Positions 20,195 to 29,555 of a stretch of 64,000 nt of DNA are shown one piece after another. Position 1 is the stretch's first letter. The number at the start of each line of letters is the position of its first letter. The notes beneath the pieces were generated by a model. That model did not search any database. It worked only from the letters and a program-made list of their open reading frames with translations, and was not told the DNA's origin. The stretch is from Candidatus Bathyarchaeia archaeon (GTDB taxonomy: Archaea; Thermoproteota; Bathyarchaeia; Bathyarchaeales; Bathycorpusculaceae), in NCBI GenBank assembly GCA_049969855.1, contig JBMFOB010000003.1:26524-90523 (forward strand), given 5' to 3'. The position numbers and the translations under genes were made by a program.

Positions 20195-21422
20195 AAAATT
20201 ATTAACATTAGAAGAGGCAAGAAAAGTCATTCACCAAAATTTTAAACCAACACCTTTAGGCGTGGAGGAAATCCCCCTTTTAGAGGCTTGGAACCGAGTT
20301 CTCGCAGAAAATGTAACCGCAAAAATGGATATTCCACCTTTCAACCGCTCAACAGTTGACGGATACGCAGTAAAAGCCGAAGATACTTTTGGCGCAGAAG
20401 AAAACAAGCCAACAAAACTGAAAATTTGCGGAACCGTGAATGTTGGAGAAACCCCAAAAACAATCGTCAAACAAGGCACAGCCGCAGAAATCGTAACAGG
20501 CGCACCCATACCAGAAGGAGCAGACGCCGTTTTAATGTTTGAGCATACACAGCGCAAAGGTGATGAACTTTATGTTTACAATGCCGTGGCAAAAAACGAA
20601 AACGTCATGAAAGCCGGAGCAGACATCAAAAAAGGCGAAACTGTCCTAAAGGCTGGACAATTTTTGGGTTCACGCGAAATAGGAGTTTTAGCCTCGTTAG
20701 GAACGGCAAAGGCTAAGGTTTACATAACTCCAAGAGTTGCGGTTCTCTCCACGGGCAATGAGATAGCAGAACCTGGCGAAAAACTTCCGCCAGGAAAAAT
20801 TTATGATATAAACGCCTACAGCCTAAGCGCAGCGGTTCTGGAAAGCGGCGGAAAACCAGTTTATTTCGGAGTTTTACCAGACGATATGAGTGTATTGCAG
20901 AAAACATTAAAAAATGCATTGGCATCAGCTGACATGGTTGTAACATCAGGCGGAGTTTCCATAGGACCAAAAGATGTTGTGCCTCAAACATTAAATTCGC
21001 TTGGAAAGCCGGGAGTCATCATTTGTGGGATGGCAACCAAACCTGGAAAGCCAACAACAGTGGCTTTGATTGATGGAAAAATTGTTTTTGCGCTTCCAGG
21101 TCATCCAACTTCAGCGTTGCTCACTTTCCACTTAATTGTACGCCCAATAATTCAACGGGTGGCTGGGAGAAAGGCACAGAAGCCTTTGAAGGTGAAGGCT
21201 TTTGCTTCTATGCGAATGTTTCCAGCAAAGGGCAGACGAACCTTTGTAATGGTCAAATTAAGGCGTGATGAGTCCAATAGGCTTGTAGCAGAGCCAGTTC
21301 CAACAGGATTATCTGGAGCTATTACGACTCTTGCGAAGGCTGACGGATTTGTGGAAATAAGTGAAAAACAGCAGTTTGTTGATGCTGGCGAGGAAGTTTT
21401 GGTGCAACTTTTAAAGCGTTAG
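20187..21422 (+). CDS. moeA: Molybdopterin molybdotransferase MoeA (second paralogue)
   Basis: PPFNRSTVDGYAV, TGAPIPEGADAV, SGGVSIG, KPGKP, LPGHPTSA. Confidence 0.93.
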   Translation: MFRKLLTLEEARKVIHQNFKPTPLGVEEIPLLEAWNRVLAENVTAKMDIPPFNRSTVDGYAVKAEDTFGAEENKPTKLKICGTVNVGETPKTIVKQGTAAEIVTGAPIPEGADAVLMFEHTQRKGDELYVYNAVAKNENVMKAGADIKKGETVLKAGQFLGSREIGVLASLGTAKAKVYITPRVAVLSTGNEIAEPGEKLPPGKIYDINAYSLSAAVLESGGKPVYFGVLPDDMSVLQKTLKNALASADMVVTSGGVSIGPKDVVPQTLNSLGKPGVIICGMATKPGKPTTVALIDGKIVFALPGHPTSALLTFHLIVRPIIQRVAGRKAQKPLKVKAFASMRMFPAKGRRTFVMVKLRRDESNRLVAEPVPTGLSGAITTLAKADGFVEISEKQQFVDAGEEVLVQLLKR

Positions 21423-21775
21423 CCTTCGAAAATCTTTCTCTTCGCCACAATATACACTGTAAAAACCCATGTCAAAATGAGATAGGCAAATATGCCTATG
21501 TCAAAGAGAACGTCTTTCCCAAACAAATAGTAAAGCATGAAAGCTGAAAATGTTGTGGCTATAAAAAGTAACATAACAACAAGCCAAACCGCCCAAACCC
21601 TCTTTTTAAAAATTCCATAAGCTGTTATTAAGCTTAAAACGCCAATTATGCCGATGTGTGGAGGAAAATTCGCTAGTGGCAAGACAACAAAGCATATTAC
21701 TCCAACAACAGCGTAAAAAGCGATGGCTAAAAAAACTCCGATGTTTTCCATTTTAATTTTGGACTTAATTGACAT
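21419..21775 (-). CDS. Hypothetical 4-TM membrane protein
   Basis: Hydrophobic 118-aa ORF convergent with moeA. Confidence 0.7.
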   Translation of the reverse strand: MSIKSKIKMENIGVFLAIAFYAVVGVICFVVLPLANFPPHIGIIGVLSLITAYGIFKKRVWAVWLVVMLLFIATTFSAFMLYYLFGKDVLFDIGIFAYLILTWVFTVYIVAKRKIFEG

Positions 21776-21976
21776 TGATAACCGCCTTTTAACCCTAAAT
21801 GGATGACGCCATCATTAATAAATTTAATGTCTCATTACATCTGTTTTAGGTGAATTATCGTGCCCTTTCACTCCCTTTCATCTATGGCTTTTGCAGTTTA
21901 ACCACAATTTTGGGCATAGCCTTATATTTGCATAAAACCGTGAAAATAAGGCTGAAAGAAAAAGGAAGAAGAAGAA

Positions 21977-22873
21977 ATGAGCCATCATGAACTCTTTGCT
22001 TCGCAATCAAACATTTTCAGCGGTTTCCAGAAACCATTTGAAAAAGCAGACTACATAGTTTTAGGTGTTCCATTCGATGTTACGAGCACTTACCGAACTG
22101 GAGCAAGGTTCGCGCCAAACGCTATTAGGCAAGCATCGCTTAACATAGAAACCTACAGTTTTCGCACAGGCTTGGATGTGGAAGATTTAAAATTGCATGA
22201 TTTAGGTGATTTGCACATATCAACTGACACGGAGAAAACTTTGGAAAAAATTGCACTTGTCATTAAAGAGATTATAGAAGCTGGAAAAACGCCTGTAACC
22301 ATAGGTGGAGAACACACAATCACCCTTGGCGTAATGAAAGGTTTAGAAAAGAAAGCCTCAAAAACAGCATTAGTCAGTTTTGATGCCCACTTGGATTTAC
22401 GCGACGAATTCATGGGTTTAAAGCTTTCTCACACAACTTTTATGCGAAGAATAAATGAGGGGGGAAAGCCAGCCAAAATTATCGAGGTTGGAACAAGAGC
22501 GGTCTGCAAAGAAGAACTTGCCTATGCAAAAAAGGCTGGAATAGAATTTTTCACAACACAACAAATCAGAAAAGAAGGATGCGAATCTATAGTGAAAAAG
22601 TTGAAGGAAAAATTGGCAAAATACAAAAGCATTTACTTGTCAATCGACATGGACGTCCTTGACCCAGCCTATGCGCCGGCAGTGCAAAATCCAGAACCCG
22701 AAGGGCTGGAAATGCATAGTTTGCTTGACATTTTATGTAATGTTTGCGACAAACGTGTTGTCGGTTTTGATGTAGTTGAGGTGGCGCCAAACTATGATGG
22801 AGTATCCGCAATACAAGCTGCAAAAGTGGTTTTTGAGGTGTTATGTGGTATAGAAAAGGCGAGAAGATGTTAA
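21977..22873 (+). CDS. speB: Agmatinase
   Basis: GGEHTIT, FDAHLDLR, SIDMDVLDPAYAP, DVVEVAP. Confidence 0.93.
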   Translation: MSHHELFASQSNIFSGFQKPFEKADYIVLGVPFDVTSTYRTGARFAPNAIRQASLNIETYSFRTGLDVEDLKLHDLGDLHISTDTEKTLEKIALVIKEIIEAGKTPVTIGGEHTITLGVMKGLEKKASKTALVSFDAHLDLRDEFMGLKLSHTTFMRRINEGGKPAKIIEVGTRAVCKEELAYAKKAGIEFFTTQQIRKEGCESIVKKLKEKLAKYKSIYLSIDMDVLDPAYAPAVQNPEPEGLEMHSLLDILCNVCDKRVVGFDVVEVAPNYDGVSAIQAAKVVFEVLCGIEKARRC

Positions 22874-22879
22874 GCCTTT

Positions 22880-23164
22880 TCACTTCTTGACTCTTTTAAT
22901 TTCGATTACAACTTTTTGTCGGTCGGGGCAGCTTGAAGTGAATGTGTCTTTGTTTTCTTTCCATGGGAAGACTCCGCCAAACTGCAGAGCAACCAGATAT
23001 GGAAAAATTGAGTCGTAGAAGAAACTGCAAATGTTTGGGGCTCTAAGGCTTTTGTTTGCCTCTTCAGAGTAAAGCGTTAAATCATATTCTTCTCCAACAT
23101 GGTGTCCTGCTGAGCATTCACCTTCAACCTTTACAATTTTCCCAATTAATTTACACCCTTTCAA
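22880..23164 (-). CDS. TIGR04076-family protein
   Basis: CSAGHHVG...IC..F...IFP..LQFGG.FPW...CPD; TTG start 6 nt after GGAGGTG. Confidence 0.75.
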   Translation of the reverse strand: MKGCKLIGKIVKVEGECSAGHHVGEEYDLTLYSEEANKSLRAPNICSFFYDSIFPYLVALQFGGVFPWKENKDTFTSSCPDRQKVVIEIKRVKK

Positions 23165-23186
23165 ACCAGCCACCTCCAAATTCTTG

Positions 23187-24563
23187 TCATGTTTTACTCC
23201 TTAACAATTTTGCGATAAAGAAACCATTACACTCATGCATGTGCGGATAAAGCCTCTGGCATTTTTCCATCCCCCTTAACCCTGGTAAACCAATTTTCGG
23301 CGTTATCTCTGCCAACGAAAAATCTGGATACCATTTTAGGAATTTTTCGATGAGCATTTCGTTTTCTTCTATTGTTATGCTGCACGTGGAATAAATCAGT
23401 GTGCCGCCAGATTTCACTTTTTCAGCGCAGTTGCGCAGCATCTGCCATTGAATTTCAGCCATTTTATCAATTGAACGCCTTGTAAGTCTCCATTTGGCTG
23501 AGGGCAACTTGCCGAAGGCGCCTGTGCTTGTGCATGGCGGGTCCAAAATCACAATATCTGCTTCCGCAGAAAAGGGTAAGGGATTACAAGCGTCAGCAAT
23601 TATTGGCACCGCAATTTTGACTCCCATGCGGGCTACTTCGCTTCTCCAAACTTCTAATCTTCGCCTTGAATAATCCATGGAGTAAATGGAACCACGGTTC
23701 TGCATGAGCTGAGCCAAATAAGTGGTTTTGGCTCCAGGCGCTGCGCAAACGTCTAGAACTGTCATTTCTGGTTTTGGGTTTGCCGCTTCAGCTGCGAAAC
23801 AGCTTGCTTTGTCCTGAATGTAAAATAAGCCTTCTCCAAAGCTTGTTGTGCTGGTTAAGGGTTGCTTTGTGTTTAAAACCGTGTATGCATGTCTTAACCC
23901 TTCAACCTTTTCAACTTTAACGCCTTCTTTTGCGAGTTTTTCGAGAATTTCGTTTTCATCCGCCTTCAACGTGTTAAACCTAATGTAAGTTGGCGGAGGC
24001 TGCATATTCGCTTCCAAAATTGTTATGGCTTCCTTTCTCCCGAACAATTTAAAACAGTATTTCACAAACCACGCAGGATGAAAAGTTAAAAGTCCAATTT
24101 TCTCTTCGTCGCTTAAACCTTCAAAAATTGGCGCGGGCTTTTGCGTCAGTAAAAAGCCTAAAAACTGTTCGATTTTTCGCAGGGTTTTCCATCCGAGAAT
24201 GGAGCGGGCGAGGCTTGCTATGTTTTCTGCTTCTTTAACATCAATTTTTGACCAGTTTTTGGCTATGCGGGTTTGGTAAATGTAAAGTCTCAAAAAGGCT
24301 TGAACGCCCAAATCGAATTCGCTTATGGTTTTCGGCTTTAAAATATTGTTTATGAAAGCGTCAATGAAGTTCCGCCGTCTAATGGTTTCGCATACCAGCA
24401 TGTGCGCAAGCCTTACAGCATCAGCGTCACTTATGCCCAACTGCTTAACAGTTTTCGCCAATGCCAGACGCTCACTTAGTTTTTGCATCTCCATCCAGCT
24501 TAGGCTTTCAATGGCAAGCGTCCAGGCTTCTTTAAGCAATTCTATCCACAAATCCATAAACAA
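23187..24563 (-). CDS. RsmB/NOP2 family RNA m5C methyltransferase with NusB-like N-terminus
   Basis: QDKAS, DVCAAPGAKT, LDPPCTSTG, YSTCS..EENE. Confidence 0.92.
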   Translation of the reverse strand: MFMDLWIELLKEAWTLAIESLSWMEMQKLSERLALAKTVKQLGISDADAVRLAHMLVCETIRRRNFIDAFINNILKPKTISEFDLGVQAFLRLYIYQTRIAKNWSKIDVKEAENIASLARSILGWKTLRKIEQFLGFLLTQKPAPIFEGLSDEEKIGLLTFHPAWFVKYCFKLFGRKEAITILEANMQPPPTYIRFNTLKADENEILEKLAKEGVKVEKVEGLRHAYTVLNTKQPLTSTTSFGEGLFYIQDKASCFAAEAANPKPEMTVLDVCAAPGAKTTYLAQLMQNRGSIYSMDYSRRRLEVWRSEVARMGVKIAVPIIADACNPLPFSAEADIVILDPPCTSTGAFGKLPSAKWRLTRRSIDKMAEIQWQMLRNCAEKVKSGGTLIYSTCSITIEENEMLIEKFLKWYPDFSLAEITPKIGLPGLRGMEKCQRLYPHMHECNGFFIAKLLRSKT

Positions 24564-24744
24564 ATGCGTGAGACATAAATAAAATTAAAGGCGCTAGTTC
24601 GCCAGAAAACTAGAGAGGGTAGGTCCGTATTGGTTGCTTCCAAAGCCAAAAACAAGTCCTTTAAATATTAAATAATTCGAGGAATGCGATTAGTAAGAGA
24701 TTTTAGGTTATACTGCTCATAAGGTTAGTTGGGTTAAGGGCTGA

Positions 24745-27426
24745 ATGGCGCAGAAACGTTTAGAAGATTTTGCCAAAATACAAGCTGAAAGTTTAAAGGA
24801 AAAAGAAGCGGAAGCCCTACCCTTCATGGAAGCCATAACAAAAGAAAAACAAAAACGTGCCTATCCACCTTTAGCGCCTGAAAACTTGCCGCCTTCATAT
24901 TTTATTTCTGCAACATATGATGGAAAAACTGGGAAAGCCCTAATCAAACTTTACGAGCCAGTTTCAAGCAAAATCTATTTCTGGTACGACAACACCGGGC
25001 ATAAGCCCTATTGCCTAACAAACCTTTCACCATTAGAGCTTGAAAAAATAAACCGTTTAATGCAACATCCAGGATTTGACCATTTTGAAATTGTTGACAA
25101 AATTGACCCCTTATTGGATAAGGCTGTGAAAGTGACAAAGATTGTGGCTAGAGACCCATTAGCCATCGGAGGACGCCCAAAAGGCTGCATAAGAGACATA
25201 ATCCCAGAAGATTTCCCAATGGTGGCGGAAACCCCAATTTCCCCAGAGCAAATCAAGGTTTGGGAATCAAAAATAAAGTATTACCAATCCTACATTTATG
25301 ATAGAAATCTTTTGCCTGGAATGATTTACGAAGTTAAAAATGGCAAACTAATTCTCAAAAATGTTGAAGAAGCAGAAAAAATGGTTAGACGAATAAAAGA
25401 AATTTTCAAGGAAGCCACAGCAGAGGAGCTACAACACATTGAAGAGTGGGCAAGACTTTTAGAGTATCCCGCCCCAAAATTTCTTTATGTAGCCCTTGAC
25501 ATAGAAGTTTACTCACCTGTTCCAACAAGGATGCCAGACCCAAGAGATGCTGCCTACCCAGTTGTCTGCGTATCCCTATATGGCTCAGATGGACAGAAAA
25601 GAGTTTTACTCCTAAAAAGAGAGGGAACCCGCGAAGGAACAGAACGCTTGCCTGCTGACGTAACCCTTGAGTATTTTGACTCGGAAGCAAAGCTGATAAA
25701 AGCTGTTTTTGATGCGCTTTGGAGTTATCCCTTTGTGGTAACCTTCAATGGCGATGACTTTGACTTGCGCTATTTGGCGCATAGAGCCCTTAACCACGGC
25801 TTCAGAAGAGACGAAGTTCCAATAGAAGTTGGCAGACGCGTATGCCTATTAAAGTATGGCGTGCACATTGACCTTTACAAGTTCTTCTTCAACCGTTCAA
25901 TCCAAATCTACGCTTTCAACAACCGTTATCGGGATGTAACCCTTGACGATGTTGGAAAAGCCCTAATTGGGATGGAAAAGATTAAACTGGAAAAAAACTT
26001 GGGCGAATTAACCTACACGGAACTCGCCAAATACTGTTTCAGAGATGCGGAAATCACTTTTAAACTTGCAAGCTTCGAAGACGAGTTGGTTATGAAGCTA
26101 ATTTTGGTTTTAGCCAGAATCAGCAGCATGCCAATGGAAGACGTAAGCCGCCAAGGAGTTTCCAGATGGATAAGAAACTTCATGCACCGCGAACACAGAA
26201 AAAGAAACATGCTCATCCCAAACGCAGAAGAAATAATTGCCGCAAAAGGAAAAGCAACCACAAAAGCCATAATTAAAGGCAAAAAATACAAAGGCGCAAT
26301 AGTTGTCGAACCAACTCCAGGCGTCCACTTTAACGTTTCAGTAATGGACTTCCCAAGTCTATACCCATCCATAATAAAAGTCTGGAACCTAGGCTACCAA
26401 TCCATACTATGCAAACATCCAGAATGCCGCAGCAACATAATTCCAGACACACCTCACTGGGTTTGCACAAAAAAACACGCCCTAGAAAGCCTCCTAATAG
26501 GCTCGCTCAGAGATTTGCGAGTTCAATGGTATAAACCAAAATCAAAAGACAAAACGTTACCAGCTGAAATTAGAAGTTGGTATAACATAATTCAAGGAGC
26601 TCTTAAAGTTATTTTGAACGCAAGCTATGGAGTTTTCGGAGCCGAAAGTTTCGACCTTTACTGTCCTCCAGTGGCAGAAGCAACAGCAGCCATCGCTAGG
26701 CATTCGCTAACCCAAATACTGAAGGAAGCGGAAGAGCTTAACATCCAAGTGCTTTACGGCGATACAGACAGCATATTCCTAAAAAATCCATCAAAAGAAC
26801 AAATTGAAAAACTAGCCCAATGGACAGAAAAAGCGCTAAAAATGAGTTTAGACGTAGATAAAGTGTATAGATATGCCGTTTTCAGTTCAAGAAAGAAAAA
26901 CTACTTGGGAGTTTTGGAAGACGGAACCGTTGACGTTAAGGGGTTAACTGGCAAGAAGAGGCACATACCCCTTTTCATAAAAAAGGCTTTTGACAAAATG
27001 AAAGAACGCCTAGCCATTGTAAAAACACCAGCCGACTTTGAAAAGGCAAAAAAGGACATTTGCGAAATCATCCGCGACTGCTACATGCGACTAAAAAGAA
27101 GAGAATGGGAAAACCTAAACGAACTTGCCTTCAACGTGGTTTTAGGCGAAGAACCAGAACACTACACAAAAACAACACCCCAACACGTGAGAGCCGCAAG
27201 AATACTAAAAGAAGGCGGAATGGAACTGAAAGCAGGCGACCTAATAAGCTTCGTAAAAGTCGTCAAAGAACCCCACGTAAAACCAGTTGAATTAGCAACA
27301 AAAAACGAAATAGACGTAGACAAATACATCGCCTATCTCCATTCAACATTCGACCAAGTTTTAGACGCGTTAGGCTTAGACTTCGACGAAATAATAGGAT
27401 TAACAAAACTGGAACGCTTCATGTAA
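24745..27426 (+). CDS. polB: Family B DNA polymerase (crenarchaeal PolB1-type)
   Basis: DIEV, FNGDDFD, DFPSLYPS, KVILNASYG, YGDTDS, KKNY; PIP-like QKRLEDF at N-terminus and TKLERFM at C-terminus. Confidence 0.96.
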   Translation: MAQKRLEDFAKIQAESLKEKEAEALPFMEAITKEKQKRAYPPLAPENLPPSYFISATYDGKTGKALIKLYEPVSSKIYFWYDNTGHKPYCLTNLSPLELEKINRLMQHPGFDHFEIVDKIDPLLDKAVKVTKIVARDPLAIGGRPKGCIRDIIPEDFPMVAETPISPEQIKVWESKIKYYQSYIYDRNLLPGMIYEVKNGKLILKNVEEAEKMVRRIKEIFKEATAEELQHIEEWARLLEYPAPKFLYVALDIEVYSPVPTRMPDPRDAAYPVVCVSLYGSDGQKRVLLLKREGTREGTERLPADVTLEYFDSEAKLIKAVFDALWSYPFVVTFNGDDFDLRYLAHRALNHGFRRDEVPIEVGRRVCLLKYGVHIDLYKFFFNRSIQIYAFNNRYRDVTLDDVGKALIGMEKIKLEKNLGELTYTELAKYCFRDAEITFKLASFEDELVMKLILVLARISSMPMEDVSRQGVSRWIRNFMHREHRKRNMLIPNAEEIIAAKGKATTKAIIKGKKYKGAIVVEPTPGVHFNVSVMDFPSLYPSIIKVWNLGYQSILCKHPECRSNIIPDTPHWVCTKKHALESLLIGSLRDLRVQWYKPKSKDKTLPAEIRSWYNIIQGALKVILNASYGVFGAESFDLYCPPVAEATAAIARHSLTQILKEAEELNIQVLYGDTDSIFLKNPSKEQIEKLAQWTEKALKMSLDVDKVYRYAVFSSRKKNYLGVLEDGTVDVKGLTGKKRHIPLFIKKAFDKMKERLAIVKTPADFEKAKKDICEIIRDCYMRLKRREWENLNELAFNVVLGEEPEHYTKTTPQHVRAARILKEGGMELKAGDLISFVKVVKEPHVKPVELATKNEIDVDKYIAYLHSTFDQVLDALGLDFDEIIGLTKLERFM

Positions 27427-27440
27427 AAACTGCATAGCCT

Positions 27441-27944
27441 TTAACTCTGATTTTTTCTCAGCGTATCTTTCACTATGCCGCTTCGGCGTAAACTTTCTTC
27501 CAATGCAAAGCCTAAAATGTTTATTGCTACAATTGAACCGACGAAGATGCCAAACACTCCAAGTTCAACTGGAACGTCAAATATCAGCCATAGATAGCCA
27601 CCAACAATCCCTGTTATAACCAGCGTTTCGACAAAACTTCCCAGAAACCTACGCACAAAATCTCCTCTGCCAACATACCACGCCAAAGTACATGCCAAGA
27701 AGTTTGCAACAGTCCCCCCAACAACGTCGATAATGCCTAATCCTCCGTAAACATTTGCGACCAAACAGCCCAAACCGAATCCAATAGCGCTTGGCAACCC
27801 AAACATCATTGATAATGGCAGTAATGCATCAGCCACTCTTACTTGATAAATTCCAAAACTTATAGGCGCCAGAAGAATCACACCAACTGCATAGAGTGCA
27901 GCAAAAATCGCTGCCAAAGTCAAATTTTTAGCGTCAAATTTCAC
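27441..27944 (-). CDS. queT: QueT-family queuosine-precursor transporter (ECF S component)
   Basis: AAIFAALY...APISFG.YQVRVADAL, GCLVAN, DVVGGT; GTG start 5 nt after GGAGGTG SD. Confidence 0.88.
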   Translation of the reverse strand: MKFDAKNLTLAAIFAALYAVGVILLAPISFGIYQVRVADALLPLSMMFGLPSAIGFGLGCLVANVYGGLGIIDVVGGTVANFLACTLAWYVGRGDFVRRFLGSFVETLVITGIVGGYLWLIFDVPVELGVFGIFVGSIVAINILGFALEESLRRSGIVKDTLRKNQS

Positions 27945-28010
27945 ATTTTCACCTCCTACACCGGGGTTTTTATGGCGGAACGGGTGGAGGTCCACTCACC
28001 CGCCACACTT
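27945..28010 (-). promoter_or_regulatory. Structured GC-rich 5' leader of queT, candidate riboswitch
   Basis: GUGGCGG...CCGCCAU stem, internal ACCUCC anti-SD, AAAAA tail, SD GGAGGUG; TATA-like AATTAATA about 25 nt upstream. Confidence 0.55.
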
Positions 28011-28071
28011 CTATCCACAAATTCTTAGGCTATTAATTTTACTGAAACAACTAATCAGCCAAAACATTTAC

Positions 28072-28548
28072 TTACTGTTTCTTCGCCTCAGTTTCAGCTT
28101 GAACCTCCACAGATTCTGCGGCTTCTGGGGATATTTTCACTGTTACATCTTCAACTGGAATTCCCTCTTTATGTGAAAAGAGCAAATCCTGAGGTGGCGG
28201 AGGAACATTAAGTATCGTAGATAGAAGATACATGGCTGTAAACGCTGTTTGATAAATTCTTTGAAAGACATATGGCACTTTTGTTTCTGGATCAACCTCC
28301 AACATTTTATTTATCTCAGCATCTTTACCGCTTAATGTTGCCGTTCCTTCAACCTCAAACTTTACAAGGCTTGGCTTAGTCGTCAAAAAAAGTTTAAAAT
28401 CTAAAATAACCATCTGGCTTTTGCGTTCTCTTTCCTCCAATTTTGCTTTAACATCAAAATTTACACTCTCAGCTCCGCTCTTAACATCTAACCGAACACC
28501 TACAAGACTGGTTATTTCTACTTTAACCGAAGCATTTGGAACATACAA
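28072..28548 (-). CDS. Conserved hypothetical protein, possibly SecB-like fold
   Basis: Alternating beta-strand pattern followed by a helix ending LNVPPP; fold guess only. Confidence 0.6.
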   Translation of the reverse strand: MYVPNASVKVEITSLVGVRLDVKSGAESVNFDVKAKLEERERKSQMVILDFKLFLTTKPSLVKFEVEGTATLSGKDAEINKMLEVDPETKVPYVFQRIYQTAFTAMYLLSTILNVPPPPQDLLFSHKEGIPVEDVTVKISPEAAESVEVQAETEAKKQ

Positions 28549-28679
28549 TGTTGGACAAATAATGGATTCCCCACATTAAACAGTTATAGCCAGTTGCTTC
28601 TCTAACCCTCCGTAGTAAGCCTCACAAAAAACTGATTTTTGCCTTTTGTGTGTCACAAAACATACACACAACATAACGG

Positions 28680-29540
28680 CTACGAAAACCAATAAAACAA
28701 CAAAGCAGCAGAAGTAGAAGCCGCCATTAAAAGCGAAATTGCCACAACCACTTGTCGCTCCGTCAAACGCCTATGATAAGTAATAAGGGTAACAAGACTT
28801 CTTCTATTATCAGAAAAAAGTTTTTCCCCATCAAAAGAAACGCGAGCTTTGGCTCTAAAAAAGAAGTAATTCAACAAAATCAACGAAGAATTAAAAACGT
28901 AAGGCAGAATAGAAATAAGCAAAACAGATTTTAAATCCGAAATTATGGCAAACGCTGCCAATGTTATCCCAATAGCGAAAGACCCAGTATTTCCAACGAA
29001 AATTCTGCCCTGAAAATTAAAAAAGCACAGCAAAAGCCAAACGATTAAGGGAACAAGCAAAAGGACAGCATGCGCTCCTGAAATAGCCATCAACCCCATT
29101 ATCACTATTGCTGGCGGAATCGTCTCTAAACCATTCAACCCGCCAAGCTGATTCACAGTATTAGTAGTCACAGTTACAATTAACGGAATAACTATGAAAT
29201 AATATGAAAGCCCAAAATCCACAGACCCGAAAATGGGAAAAGTTATAGCTGTACGTAGCCCAAGCCGTGTCGCCAATGAAACAAGCGGTATAGACGCTAT
29301 AATGGGAAAGAAAGCTTTATAACGCCACCGCAAATCCATCCAGTCGTCAAGTAAACCCATAAAACCTCCAAACAAAATGCAAACAGCCAAAGTCAAAGCA
29401 GAAGAAACATTATCGGTTGAAGACCGAAAATATTCAAGAATGAAAAGATACAACGCACTAGCCAAGACATAGATTACGCCTAAACCATTTGGAACTAAAG
29501 GATTGTTTGGCTTATGCTGATCTGGAACCTTTGGGAACAA
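28680..29540 (-). CDS. GT4/MraY-family polyprenyl-phosphate GlcNAc-1-P transferase (AglH/GPT-like), lacking the first TM helix
   Basis: DQHKP..P.VP..LG, GLLDDWMDL.W..K, NTVNQLGGLNGLE, FVGNTGS. Confidence 0.85.
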   Translation of the reverse strand: MFPKVPDQHKPNNPLVPNGLGVIYVLASALYLFILEYFRSSTDNVSSALTLAVCILFGGFMGLLDDWMDLRWRYKAFFPIIASIPLVSLATRLGLRTAITFPIFGSVDFGLSYYFIVIPLIVTVTTNTVNQLGGLNGLETIPPAIVIMGLMAISGAHAVLLLVPLIVWLLLCFFNFQGRIFVGNTGSFAIGITLAAFAIISDLKSVLLISILPYVFNSSLILLNYFFFRAKARVSFDGEKLFSDNRRSLVTLITYHRRLTERQVVVAISLLMAASTSAALLFYWFS

Positions 29541-29555
29541 TGGCTTACCTTCCTT

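Noticed and set aside
19127-20380. Identical 26-nt repeat GTTGACGGATACGCAGTAAAAGCCGA at 19127-19152 and 20355-20380
   Set aside because: It encodes the invariant VDGYAVKA motif in two MoeA paralogues; not a mobile or regulatory repeat
28644-28660. Palindrome TTTTGTG-TGT-CACAAAA
   Set aside because: Single low-complexity instance; could be a terminator or operator but is unsupported
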